Shown here one piece after another: positions 1 to 9,675 of a stretch of 33,385 nucleotides of DNA (its first letter is position 1; every line of letters starts with the position of its first letter). Source of the stretch: a virus (lineage: Duplodnaviria > Caudoviricetes); the IMG/VR virus record IMGVR_UViG_3300031227_000227, positions 1-33,385 of that record. One strand, written 5' to 3'. A program made the translations under genes and the position numbers. The notes below the pieces were generated by a model. The model worked only from the letters and a program-made list of their open reading frames with translations. It ran no database searches and had not been told where the DNA came from.

Positions 1-128
1 TGACAGTTTGTGGACAAGTAAATCAAGCCTTAAGTGGTAAGATGCACTACTATAAAATGTGGAAGAGAATAATAACAGACGCAGAAATAGCACAATTAAG
101 TGCCAATAGGAGAACAAATGTTAATTAA
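1..128 (+). CDS. C-terminal fragment of a LamG/concanavalin A-like virion protein (probably the end of the gene starting at 32478)
   Basis: Frame from position 3 reads TVCGQVNQALSGKMHYYKMWKRIITDAEIAQLSANRRTNVN* (TAA 126-128). This parallels VTCGSATQGWDGRIYYIKVWSRILSTPEVTELLSDRVTNI in the 32478 gene, a typical LamG C-terminal motif. Confidence 0.8.
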   Translation, partial: TVCGQVNQALSGKMHYYKMWKRIITDAEIAQLSANRRTNVN

Positions 129-387
129 AATATTATTAATTATAATTTTATTAGCTCCAATCGCTTCTGCTAAAGAATTACCTAAACAGGTTAAAGACTG
201 GATTACAGAGAATGGGATTGTACTTCCTTTTAAAGGTGAGTTTAGTTACTCAAACAAGAAGGTAGACAAATGGTTAAGGATTCGTAAGAAAGACGGAATC
301 TACAAGGTAACTAGAGACACAAAGGATAAGGTTTATTTAGTTAAAGAAAAAGAACTAACGGATATAAGGAAAAAAACGATTAAATGA
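118..387 (+). CDS. Small basic hypothetical protein with N-terminal signal peptide
   Basis: ATG at 118 follows AGGAG and is preferred over the track start at 100. MLIKILLIIILLAPIASA|KE has a hydrophobic core and an A-S-A cleavage motif. Its stop overlaps the next ATG. Confidence 0.7.
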   Translation: MLIKILLIIILLAPIASAKELPKQVKDWITENGIVLPFKGEFSYSNKKVDKWLRIRKKDGIYKVTRDTKDKVYLVKEKELTDIRKKTIK

Positions 388-3224
388 ATAACGTTATATT
401 ATCAATATTAGGAGTTGTGTATTTAGTTCTTGCTAACGTAGGAATAACACCAGCTTCTTTTGATGATGTATATATTGGTTGGGGTGGAATTGATAGACTC
501 TCTCCTTCTCATACAAAGAATATTGTTAATGCGTATCAGTGTGATAATTATATTACAGACTCTAAAGAAGAAGAGAATCCAAGATACACTACTCTATCAG
601 TAAGACCAGGAGAGAGTACTTACTTAAACGATGCAGGCGGTGCAGTAAGAGGATTGTTTCAATTCTCAACACCAGCAGGTACTGATACTCTGATAATGGC
701 TGATACAGATACTTTGTATAAGTCTAGCGGAACTCTTTGGGCTACTTTAGAAGCTGGATACTCAAATGCTCCTTGGGAAGGTGAATTATATTCAGACCCT
801 AAGGTAACAAGGCTTTATTTGTGTAATGGATTTGATGGTAGTAGAAAGTATTTATCAGAAAAAAATATTAGTTACGCAATGCAAGATCAGGATAACGAAG
901 TGGCTTTGGTTGGGAATGTTTATCTAGTAAAAAACTCACTGGTCGCAACTGCTGACGCTAGTGCTACAAGTGGATTAAAGGCTGGACATTATATAAAATA
1001 TGCAACAGCTGGAACAGACGATGATTGGAATGAAATTGTTTCAACCGAAAGCACAAATATAACCTTTAATACACCTTACACTGGTACGTCAGCAGCCTTT
1101 TCTTCTGCGGTAAGAAGTACCGATCAACTATCATCAAGGTACATAGTGGAATATAAAGGACACATCGTAATGGGAAGTTCAAAATCAGAGTCGGTAAAAG
1201 TTTCAAGCACATTAGGAACGGAATATTTTAACTTGAAAAATGCTTATGGAGTAGCTCAGAGTTTTGAGGCAACATCAAGCAGTCTTGATAAAATTAGAAT
1301 GACCATTTATAGAACAGCGGAGGGAACAGTTGGTAACATTGTTATTAAGATTAAGGAAACACTTGAGTCTAGTTCTTCCTTAGCAAAAATAACATTTGCT
1401 ACTTTAAGTTTGCCAACAATCGCAACCGCTACAGACTTTGATTTTGGAAACGTAGCGATAACAAGTGGAACCCCTTACTACATAACCATAGAGAGAGAAA
1501 CCTCAAGCACAAGTTTGGTTAAGGTGCTTTATGGAACTTCATACTCTGGAGGAAATGCTTACTGGACTTATAATTCAACAGGATTTGATAGTGCTTGGGA
1601 CACAGGAAATACAACTATTGAATCAAGTCCATCTATATCAGCCTCGATTCACGACAATTACGACACTAAAATTAGGGAAGCCTCGGCAACTACCAATTTT
1701 TCTGAAACATCAACTACTCAAATAGATGCCAACAATTTAGTTCCCGAGTACTATAAAGCTATCTGGAGATATCCTATTGAAGAGCAAATGGTAACCTCAG
1801 ACGAAAACAACTTTGACCTTGTAAGATTGTTTATAACATCAAATCCAATGACTTCAGAGACTTATGCAAAAAGACTTTTGGTTGAAACGGTTCTTTCCGA
1901 GATGACATGGAATATTGCTAAAACTGGAACATCATGGAACGTTGTTGGATGTAATGGGGCTGGCACAGACTTCACGGAAACAGACAAGGTTGATCTTTAT
2001 GATGGAACTACTCCTGGTTTTCATAGATCTGGAAGAGACTTAACTGCAATTGCTGATAACTGGACTTTATCCGCTGATAATAACTACGGAATCGTTGGAA
2101 GCGTTGAGGGATTAGCATCAACTGGCGTGTGGACTTCTACTCAGTATTCGGCAAATAATGGATCTCAAGAACCAACTTGGGAAGTTACATCTTTAACTGG
2201 ATCATCAGATGCATCAAGAGATATTTATTTTGAGATATTATCAACAAGTAGTAATCCATCTACAATAAATTACTCTAAACGATTCAAACCTGAGAACTTT
2301 CCTACTCTTAATACATTCGATATACCAGGAAGAATAGTAGGAATTGCTAAGTCTGGTGGGTATTTAATCGTAGCTGGTAAGAATCCAGATGCACTTCACT
2401 TCTACAGATTCACAGGAGATGTAAGAGATGGGAATGGGTTAGATTTTGTAACAACTGTACCCGATATTACATTCGGAAGTTCTAAGTCTATTGCAAGATT
2501 ACCTACCACAGACTCGTTTATATTCTATTCGGGTTCTGGAGTTTGCTTACAGAACGGACTTAAAACCAAACCATTAAGTGGTAAGATCAGAGAAGAAGCT
2601 AAGGGATTCCAAAACCATAAAGACCCTGAAGATTTCTATTCAGGTTCGCAAGACCAAATGCCTCAAGCTACAATCTTACCTACTAAAGATACTTATTTAT
2701 TGTCAGTACCTAACTCAGAGAGTAAGAACAGTTATATATACGCTTATAACTACGCAAACGATACATGGACTAGGTGGACTGATTTATACGCAACTGCTTT
2801 AGTAACTAGATACTCAGGTGGCTCAACTCCTACTCTTTATTTAGGCGATCAGTCAGGACAGGTCTATACGTTAGACAAAACAGGCTCTACTACCAAAGAA
2901 GCGGTTTTAAGTTGGTTCTTTAGTAAGCAAGATATAACTAAAGATAAGACTTTAAGGAATATAGAAATAATCGCAAGAGCCGATAATCCTTTGACTGGTT
3001 GTGTAACAACACTAGAGGCTTACGATGTAATTACTGGAACGACTTATACCTCTTTAACAAAGAATGTAGCGGATAACACAACTACCGATAAAATGGTTGA
3101 ATTACCGTTTATGCTTAACAAAACAGGTAGAGAGTTTAAGTTAACTTTAAGACAAAAGGCTTCGTCAGGAGCTTTGTCGTTAAGATCGATACGCTATTCA
3201 GGCGATATAATAAGGAGGAGATAG
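384..3224 (+). CDS. Podovirus tail nozzle / DNA stabilisation protein (P22 gp10-like) with inserted accessory domains and hydrophobic N-terminus
   Basis: Beta-propeller-like motifs typical of gp10-like proteins: WGGID, YIVEYKGHIVMG, INYSKRFKPENFP..DIPGRIVGI, YAYNYANDTWTRW, LYLGDQSGQVY and C-terminal GREFKLTL..LRSI. It lies just before the ejection genes. The central insert resembles a DNRLRE domain. Confidence 0.75.
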   Translation: MNNVILSILGVVYLVLANVGITPASFDDVYIGWGGIDRLSPSHTKNIVNAYQCDNYITDSKEEENPRYTTLSVRPGESTYLNDAGGAVRGLFQFSTPAGTDTLIMADTDTLYKSSGTLWATLEAGYSNAPWEGELYSDPKVTRLYLCNGFDGSRKYLSEKNISYAMQDQDNEVALVGNVYLVKNSLVATADASATSGLKAGHYIKYATAGTDDDWNEIVSTESTNITFNTPYTGTSAAFSSAVRSTDQLSSRYIVEYKGHIVMGSSKSESVKVSSTLGTEYFNLKNAYGVAQSFEATSSSLDKIRMTIYRTAEGTVGNIVIKIKETLESSSSLAKITFATLSLPTIATATDFDFGNVAITSGTPYYITIERETSSTSLVKVLYGTSYSGGNAYWTYNSTGFDSAWDTGNTTIESSPSISASIHDNYDTKIREASATTNFSETSTTQIDANNLVPEYYKAIWRYPIEEQMVTSDENNFDLVRLFITSNPMTSETYAKRLLVETVLSEMTWNIAKTGTSWNVVGCNGAGTDFTETDKVDLYDGTTPGFHRSGRDLTAIADNWTLSADNNYGIVGSVEGLASTGVWTSTQYSANNGSQEPTWEVTSLTGSSDASRDIYFEILSTSSNPSTINYSKRFKPENFPTLNTFDIPGRIVGIAKSGGYLIVAGKNPDALHFYRFTGDVRDGNGLDFVTTVPDITFGSSKSIARLPTTDSFIFYSGSGVCLQNGLKTKPLSGKIREEAKGFQNHKDPEDFYSGSQDQMPQATILPTKDTYLLSVPNSESKNSYIYAYNYANDTWTRWTDLYATALVTRYSGGSTPTLYLGDQSGQVYTLDKTGSTTKEAVLSWFFSKQDITKDKTLRNIEIIARADNPLTGCVTTLEAYDVITGTTYTSLTKNVADNTTTDKMVELPFMLNKTGREFKLTLRQKASSGALSLRSIRYSGDIIRRR

Positions 3225-3227
3225 AAA

Positions 3228-4409
3228 ATGATTGCACAACAAACGTTAGCAGGAGAAATGGGAACAAAGAGAAAAAAAATAGACCCAACAACAGGACAAC
3301 GGCTAGGACTGGCGGCAGGACAAAAATCATTACAGTGGCTAGGACTGGCGGCAGGACAAAAATCATTACAGTCATCGGGTACAAGGATACATGATATGGA
3401 AAGGATGAAACCACAGCAAACGAAACCACAGACTCTGACCAATCCGTATTTAGACCCAAAAAGAAGAGCAGATACAAGAGGAAGAGTTATGGCTTCTTTA
3501 CAACCTCAGATAACTCAAGGAGTGAACAAGGTTAGTTCGTTGGTAAACCCTTACATGAAAGGTAAGAAGGGAGCTTCTCTATTAAGAGATGTATACCAAC
3601 CTGCACAAGCTAAATTAGCTGATTACGAACTAGGTCAAGAGAAGGCTGGTACTCAATACGCAGCGGAACAGCCGTACAGAGACGCAGCACTTACTGGACA
3701 GTACGGAGGACAAGAAACTCTTGCTGGTAGAGGAACAGGACTAGCAGAACAGCAAGCTCAATTCGGTCAAGGAATAAAAACTGCTGAACTTACTGGACAG
3801 TATGGTGGACAAGATACTCTTCAAGGAAGGCAGTTAGCTGGTAACCTAGAGGCTCAACAAGCTGGATACACAGGAATGTACGGAGGTCAGCAAACTATTC
3901 AAGGACAAACAGCTGCTGGTAATTTAGCAGCTCAACAAGCTGGATTAACAGGACAGTATCAAGGACAGGACACACTTGCTAATCGTCAGGCTCAACAGCA
4001 ATATGGATTAAACCAAGCACAATTAACAGGTACTCTTGGCGGTCAGCAGACAATGGCTGGACAAGACTTCCAATCAACAATGGCGGATAAGGCAGCTGAA
4101 GATAAACTAGCTCAAGATATGAATTATAGCAGTGCTTACGAAATGTCGTTAGCAGACCCTAAAGCATATCAAGGACTTATTTCTCAAAGAAGAATGAATA
4201 AAGAGAATGAAAATCCTAATCAATCAGTTCTATATGATTATGCTTACGGAGATAAGACTGGAATGGAATCCAACTGGGACGGAGGCTGGACAAACACTGG
4301 TGGCATAGCTGGAATAGGAGATCTTGATATGGCAACTGCTCAGTCAAGAGGACTAGCAGGCCCTTGGGACGCTGGATTCTACGAATACAAACGAGCAAGA
4401 AAGGTATAA
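3228..4409 (+). CDS. Putative internal virion / ejection protein with Gln/Gly-rich repeats
   Basis: Strong RBS (AAGGAGG). Q/G/A-rich with five AxLTGxYGGQxTL-like repeats. Lies after the nozzle gene, as podovirus ejection genes do. Confidence 0.6.
   Translation: MIAQQTLAGEMGTKRKKIDPTTGQRLGLAAGQKSLQWLGLAAGQKSLQSSGTRIHDMERMKPQQTKPQTLTNPYLDPKRRADTRGRVMASLQPQITQGVNKVSSLVNPYMKGKKGASLLRDVYQPAQAKLADYELGQEKAGTQYAAEQPYRDAALTGQYGGQETLAGRGTGLAEQQAQFGQGIKTAELTGQYGGQDTLQGRQLAGNLEAQQAGYTGMYGGQQTIQGQTAAGNLAAQQAGLTGQYQGQDTLANRQAQQQYGLNQAQLTGTLGGQQTMAGQDFQSTMADKAAEDKLAQDMNYSSAYEMSLADPKAYQGLISQRRMNKENENPNQSVLYDYAYGDKTGMESNWDGGWTNTGGIAGIGDLDMATAQSRGLAGPWDAGFYEYKRARKV
3301..3372 (+). repeat. Perfect 36-nt tandem duplication (in frame)
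   Basis: ggctaggactggcggcaggacaaaaatcattacagt at 3301-3336 and 3337-3372, giving LGLAAGQKSLQ twice. Confidence 0.95.
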
Positions 4410-4421
4410 AGGAGGTTTATA

Positions 4422-5219
4422 ATGGCTAGATTTTATGGATCGAGTATACAGCAGAACATGGCAAGAGTAAGAGCGATACAAGCACAAGAGGAAAAGGAAC
4501 GAGCTGCGAAAGCAGAATCTTCTAAGTTTAATTTAGGCTCGGCTTTAATGCCAGCAATAGCTGCGTTAGTGGCCGCACCATTTACAGGTGGAACGAGTTT
4601 AGCACAGCCACTAGCTATGGGAGCAGCAGGAGAAGCCGCTAGAGCAGGAACAGCTGGAGATCCAGCCGCACAGGCACTAGCAACTGGGGCGGTGAGTAGT
4701 GTATTTAGTAATATGGAAAAAGCCAAAGCACTAAAAGCTGCTAAGGCTCAGCAAGACTTCGAGAACCAGTTAAAACTATCTAAAGACTTCACCCCAACCG
4801 CACAAGGACAGCCAACTCTATCACAAGCACAAGCTCAGGGAATACCAGGAGTTACAATGCCTAGTCCTGAAAGAACACAAAGAGGATTTCAGCCTATTCA
4901 AACCGCAGTAGGAGAGAGAGCCGTACCAGGTGGATCTGAAATACCTACTGGTAATATACCAGCTCAAACACCAGAGAACGCTATAAATATGTTTGGTAAA
5001 GACTGGACTAGGAAGCCTGAAATGGGTTGGAAAGAGCAACAGGATTATAAGAAGGGACTAAGCCCAGAAAAAGGAATAAAGAGTAAGGCTAGACCAACAA
5101 TGCAAGCTGGCAAAGATATGCAGTGGGTTCCTACCGGTAAGTATCCTGACGGTAGTTTTAGATGGGAAGCCAAATCAACTAGAGCATCTCAAGACATAAA
5201 CATAACTCTACCAAACTAA
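4422..5219 (+). CDS. Putative ejection / DNA pilot protein
   Basis: RBS AAGGAGG. Ala/Gly-rich hydrophobic segment (AALVAAPFTGGTSL..MGAAG) typical of ejection proteins. Position fits. Confidence 0.55.
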   Translation: MARFYGSSIQQNMARVRAIQAQEEKERAAKAESSKFNLGSALMPAIAALVAAPFTGGTSLAQPLAMGAAGEAARAGTAGDPAAQALATGAVSSVFSNMEKAKALKAAKAQQDFENQLKLSKDFTPTAQGQPTLSQAQAQGIPGVTMPSPERTQRGFQPIQTAVGERAVPGGSEIPTGNIPAQTPENAINMFGKDWTRKPEMGWKEQQDYKKGLSPEKGIKSKARPTMQAGKDMQWVPTGKYPDGSFRWEAKSTRASQDINITLPN

Positions 5220-5227
5220 GGAGAAAC

Positions 5228-8200
5228 ATGGCTTTTAATTATAATGAATTACCGATGCTTAAAATGCCTAAGATTACACCTACAGGAGTTGGACAACAAG
5301 AGTCTGATTTACCTCTTCTTGAGTTACCAAAAGAAGATGAGATTGTTGATATAGACAAACTACAATCTTTACCCATGCCTAAAGAAACCAAGCAAGAACA
5401 GTTACCTAAGCAGTTACCCAAGATTGCTCTTACAACAACTAAACAACCAGAACTAGCGACTACAGGTGTTGATCCCACAGCCAAACCAAGAGTTAAAAAG
5501 ATGGTAGAAGAAGCAGTCGTTGGTGTTGCTCCTGGAGTAGGAGGTATTCTTGATATCAAAAGAAAGGGGCTTAAAAAGTCAGCACAAGAAGCCTATGCCA
5601 AACTGAACAAACCACAAACTCCAGAAGAGTTGCGACAAGCACAAGAAGAGATGTTCTCTACTCTTCAAGGTTCAGTTTTTTTTGGTGGAGGACTTAAAAA
5701 AGAACTGTTTAATCCAGAAAGATATGTTGCTCATAATGTTGGTAAACAAACAGTTGCAAGAAAGACCGCTCCCAAGGGAGTTAGTTTTTTAACCGACTTT
5801 AAAAGAAAGCTAGTAGATTTTTCTTCCCCAATTGAAGACACACTAGGAAGAGCAGAAGCTAAGTTTAAGTTTAAAGTATTACCACAAAAAGATGTAAGGA
5901 TGCAGATAGACAGGGTACTAAGAGCACCGACTCTGGCTGGACAGTTTGCTAGAGATAATGGATTAGAGAAAGTGATAAAAACTGTTGATAAAATTGATAA
6001 CCTGGACCAATACATGATTGCTAAACATGCTAATAATCTGACACAAAAAGGTATTCAAACAGGGAGAAATCCTAGATCAGACGCTGCATTAGTAGAATCC
6101 TTTGGTGGTAAGTACGAACCACTAGCCAAAGAGGTTAATAAATATTCAAACAAACTTCTTGACTATGTTACAGAGGGGGGGTTAATAAGTAAAACCTTAA
6201 ACAAAAAACTTAAAGCCACCTATCCCGACTATGTACCTATGAATAGAATATTAGAGGGAGTTGATGATGTAGTTAAGCCGGGTGGATCTGGGATTGCCTC
6301 TATTGGTAAACAGAGCATTGTTCAAAAAATCAAAGGATCAAAACTAGAGGTTGAAAGCCCACTAGCTTCTTTGCTTACAAAAACTGATGCAGCATTTAAT
6401 CAGGTAGAAAAAAACAAAGCCGCTCAAATGATTGCTGATTATCATAAATTACCCGACAATCCTTTTAAACTTAAACCTCTAAGAACAGCAAAAGATGTTT
6501 CCAAAAGAATTGATATATTTAAAAATCTAAAACAATTAAAACCAGTAAGAAAAAACATCGAAAGCACAATCTCTTCATTAAAAAAACATGGTAGATTAAT
6601 TAAAAAAGAACTAACAGATCTAAACAAACAGGGGGTAAATGAATATCTAAAAAAGGGGAATCAAGAACTAAGAACAAACAAGCCCTCATTCATTCAAAGA
6701 ACAACCCAAGAGCTTTCACCACTAGAAAGACAACTGGACAAACAAGTTGCACCATTTAAACGAGCTTTACAGGATGTTGAGCTAAAGATAAAGACTATTA
6801 ATAAAGCGGTAAAGTCTCCTAATCCATATAAAAATACTGGGTTATTTAGACTAGAAAAAAGAAAAGACCAACTAATAAGTAAAATTGATGATATTTATTC
6901 TAAGTATAATCCATCTGAAATTTCCACTCCTAGATACGAGGTTACAAAAGAATTAAAACCAGCACAGTATTCAAACGAAGAGATAAGAGGGATGGTAAAC
7001 CAGTTGGCAAACGAACCACCTGAAGCAATCGCAATGATAAGAAAAAAAATCACAAGAAGGGATGCAAAATTAAATAAGGTTTTTGATAGTATTGATGAAT
7101 TTAATGAGTATTATAATGAATTGAAGAGTGTTCGTGGAGGACTTTTTGATGAAGCAAAAACATTAAGAGATGCGGAAGCAAAGGGCAAAAGTACAATCAC
7201 ATTTTTTAAAGATGGTATTAAGGAAATATGGGAAACAACTCCCGAAATAGCCCAAGCAGCTAAGAATCTTAATGCACAGCAGATGAATATTTTAATGCAG
7301 GTACTTGCTGCTCCTATTCGTTTAGCAAAAACAGGTATAACTGGACTGTATGCACCTTTTACCGCCTCTAACATAATAAAAGATCAAGGGCTAACAATGG
7401 TTACTTCCAGGCATGGATTAAAAACTTCTATTGCAAACCCTGAGAATTTTGTTCAGTCTTTATTTTCAGTTTTAAAGCATGATAATTTATATGATGATAT
7501 GGTAAGGGCTGCAGGTGGTGGAACCTCATTCGATATAGCTAGAAGCCAACCTCATTTATCAATGAAGCAAATACGATCAGGAAGGAATATTTTGTCAAAA
7601 ATTGCTTATAAGGTTAGACACCCTGGAGATTTATTAAGAGCGGTTGAAAATATTGTTGGTAGGTCAGAAGAGCTAACTAGAATGACTCAATTTAGAGGAA
7701 CTCGCCAAGCACTATTAAAATCAGGCAGAACCCCTGAACATGCTAAGTTATTAGCCGCACAAGCCGCTAGAGAAAACTCAGCCAACTTTGCAAGACGGGG
7801 GGAGTGGGGACAAGTTCTTAACTCAGCCTTCTTATACTTAAACGCTGGAATACAAGGGAGCAGGTCGTTAGTTAGATCTCTGGTTAGGCAGCCAATTAAA
7901 ACAACTTCAGCAATAGCAACTACTGTTTATGCTCCTGTGGCAATAACAACCCTTTGGAATATTTCTGATCCTAAGCGATTAGCTGCATATAAAGATATTC
8001 CAGAGTATGAAAAGAATATGAATATTATTATTATTCCACCTAACCCAACACAAGACGAAAGAGGCAGATGGAATGTTATAAAGATTCCTCTTCCTTTTGG
8101 ACTTGGTGGATTAGCTTATGGGGTTAGAAAACCAATAGAACAAGCTAATGATATTGATAAGTTTAAAGTATCTGAAATGGCACAACAAGTTGTTTCAGCT

Positions 8201-9028
8201 CTTTCTCCTGTTGATCCAGAACCAGGTAAAATATTATCAACATTCATTCCTCATGCAATCAAGGGGGAGGTTGAGTGGGCTACCAATAAAGACTTATTCA
8301 CAGGGATGCCAATAGTTCCTAATAAAATGAAGAATGTTCCTCCAGTTGAACAGGTTAGAAAACACACATCTGGAACAGCAAGGGGTATAGGAAAACTAAC
8401 GGGGACATCTCCATTACAGGTTGAGCATTATATAAAATCAAAAATGGGAGGATTAGGAAAACAATTACTCCATGTTAGCGACTTAGCAGCAGAGAAAGCA
8501 GGTTTAATACCAAAAGAACATATAGGTGGAGAAACATTAACTGAGGGATTTGCAAGAAGGTTTATAAAGGCAAGAGGAGGAGAAACCGAAAGAAAGATTG
8601 TTGAAGAAATACTCCCTTCACTAAATAGGCAGGAAGCTGAAAAACTTAGAACAAAACAACGAGCCGAACTTCTTTGGGATAAACTAATAGACACAAAAGA
8701 ACCACTAAAAGAAAGGGAAGCCAAACTATCAAAAATAGACAAAAAAAGCAAAATGTATCAAGAAATTCTTAAAATAGCTAAAGACGATCAGGCAGGCATT
8801 ACTTATTCAGACAGACTAATGAAACAACTTCAGGTTAACAATGGAGCTAGGGCGGTATATATTGTTAATAAAATAGCCTCTATGAACAGGAAAGAAGCTG
8901 AAGCATATTTAAACACACTAAAGAAAAAGAAACTATTAACCAGTACGGTTGCGGCTCAGGTTAATAAGCTCATTCCCCAAAAGGTTAAGATAGAAAAAAG
9001 GAAGGGCAAATTCTTGTGGAAAAAGTAA
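5228..9028 (+). CDS. Large internal virion (ejection) protein with C-terminal LPD38-like domain
   Basis: 1266 aa. Motifs YVPMNR, NFARRG...FLYLNAGIQG, IKIPLPF and EWATNKDLFTGMPIVP resemble the large-polyvalent-protein LPD38 region. It is the third and largest gene of the ejection cluster. Confidence 0.7.
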   Translation: MAFNYNELPMLKMPKITPTGVGQQESDLPLLELPKEDEIVDIDKLQSLPMPKETKQEQLPKQLPKIALTTTKQPELATTGVDPTAKPRVKKMVEEAVVGVAPGVGGILDIKRKGLKKSAQEAYAKLNKPQTPEELRQAQEEMFSTLQGSVFFGGGLKKELFNPERYVAHNVGKQTVARKTAPKGVSFLTDFKRKLVDFSSPIEDTLGRAEAKFKFKVLPQKDVRMQIDRVLRAPTLAGQFARDNGLEKVIKTVDKIDNLDQYMIAKHANNLTQKGIQTGRNPRSDAALVESFGGKYEPLAKEVNKYSNKLLDYVTEGGLISKTLNKKLKATYPDYVPMNRILEGVDDVVKPGGSGIASIGKQSIVQKIKGSKLEVESPLASLLTKTDAAFNQVEKNKAAQMIADYHKLPDNPFKLKPLRTAKDVSKRIDIFKNLKQLKPVRKNIESTISSLKKHGRLIKKELTDLNKQGVNEYLKKGNQELRTNKPSFIQRTTQELSPLERQLDKQVAPFKRALQDVELKIKTINKAVKSPNPYKNTGLFRLEKRKDQLISKIDDIYSKYNPSEISTPRYEVTKELKPAQYSNEEIRGMVNQLANEPPEAIAMIRKKITRRDAKLNKVFDSIDEFNEYYNELKSVRGGLFDEAKTLRDAEAKGKSTITFFKDGIKEIWETTPEIAQAAKNLNAQQMNILMQVLAAPIRLAKTGITGLYAPFTASNIIKDQGLTMVTSRHGLKTSIANPENFVQSLFSVLKHDNLYDDMVRAAGGGTSFDIARSQPHLSMKQIRSGRNILSKIAYKVRHPGDLLRAVENIVGRSEELTRMTQFRGTRQALLKSGRTPEHAKLLAAQAARENSANFARRGEWGQVLNSAFLYLNAGIQGSRSLVRSLVRQPIKTTSAIATTVYAPVAITTLWNISDPKRLAAYKDIPEYEKNMNIIIIPPNPTQDERGRWNVIKIPLPFGLGGLAYGVRKPIEQANDIDKFKVSEMAQQVVSALSPVDPEPGKILSTFIPHAIKGEVEWATNKDLFTGMPIVPNKMKNVPPVEQVRKHTSGTARGIGKLTGTSPLQVEHYIKSKMGGLGKQLLHVSDLAAEKAGLIPKEHIGGETLTEGFARRFIKARGGETERKIVEEILPSLNRQEAEKLRTKQRAELLWDKLIDTKEPLKEREAKLSKIDKKSKMYQEILKIAKDDQAGITYSDRLMKQLQVNNGARAVYIVNKIASMNRKEAEAYLNTLKKKKLLTSTVAAQVNKLIPQKVKIEKRKGKFLWKK

Positions 9029-9663
9029 AATATATATTACTAATCATTATATTACTAAGCACACAGGCACTTGCAGTCGATCTTCCACAGCCTCTCCAAT
9101 GGTTAGACGTAGAAACTCCTAACGAATCTTACATACAGCAGAACTTCGAGAATATAGAGTATACTCGTAAGACTTTGTTTGATGGAACAGGTGAGTTAGA
9201 TATATTAAGTATAGAAGTAGATTCTTTGTTTGCAACAGACATAAACGCAACTGGCACAGCGACCATAGGTGGAGACGTAGTAGTTACTGGAGATATTTAC
9301 ACAACTGCTTGGACTGATTATTCTGCTACCTCTACTATAGTTGGGTGGAGTTCTTATACAGTCAAAAAGGTTTCATATAAAAGAGTTGGTAACTTGGTTT
9401 TTGTGTTTTTTCTTATAGTTGGTAATAGTAATGCTACCAATGCAGGTTTTACCGTACCTTTCACTTCTTTAAATGAAGCTTATCTTTCCCAACTAGTATG
9501 TGCTTTTACTCATGATAATGGTGTGCCAACAACAACAGGGGGATATGCACAGATTAGTAACAACTCGAACCAAGTAATCGTTTTGAAAGATATGGCTGGG
9601 GCAGGTTGGACTAATTCAGGTGTTAAGATTATACAGGGGCAACTTTGGTATATCGCAGAATAA
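9016..9663 (+). CDS. Tail fibre/needle-like protein with signal peptide
   Basis: MEKVKYILLIIILLSTQALA|VD signal peptide, a short helical segment, a beta-rich shaft (INATGTATIGGDVVVTGDI), and a C-terminal tip domain with YKRVGNLVFV as seen in phage fibres. Confidence 0.6.
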   Translation: MEKVKYILLIIILLSTQALAVDLPQPLQWLDVETPNESYIQQNFENIEYTRKTLFDGTGELDILSIEVDSLFATDINATGTATIGGDVVVTGDIYTTAWTDYSATSTIVGWSSYTVKKVSYKRVGNLVFVFFLIVGNSNATNAGFTVPFTSLNEAYLSQLVCAFTHDNGVPTTTGGYAQISNNSNQVIVLKDMAGAGWTNSGVKIIQGQLWYIAE

Positions 9664-9675
9664 AGGAGTTACTAA

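Noticed and set aside
1531-2802. Nested + strand ORFs 1531-1725 and 2578-2802
   Set aside because: They are out-of-frame ORFs inside the nozzle gene with no motif support.
9016-9663. Diversity-generating retroelement targeting fibre genes
   Set aside because: No reverse transcriptase gene and no template/variable repeat pair were seen.
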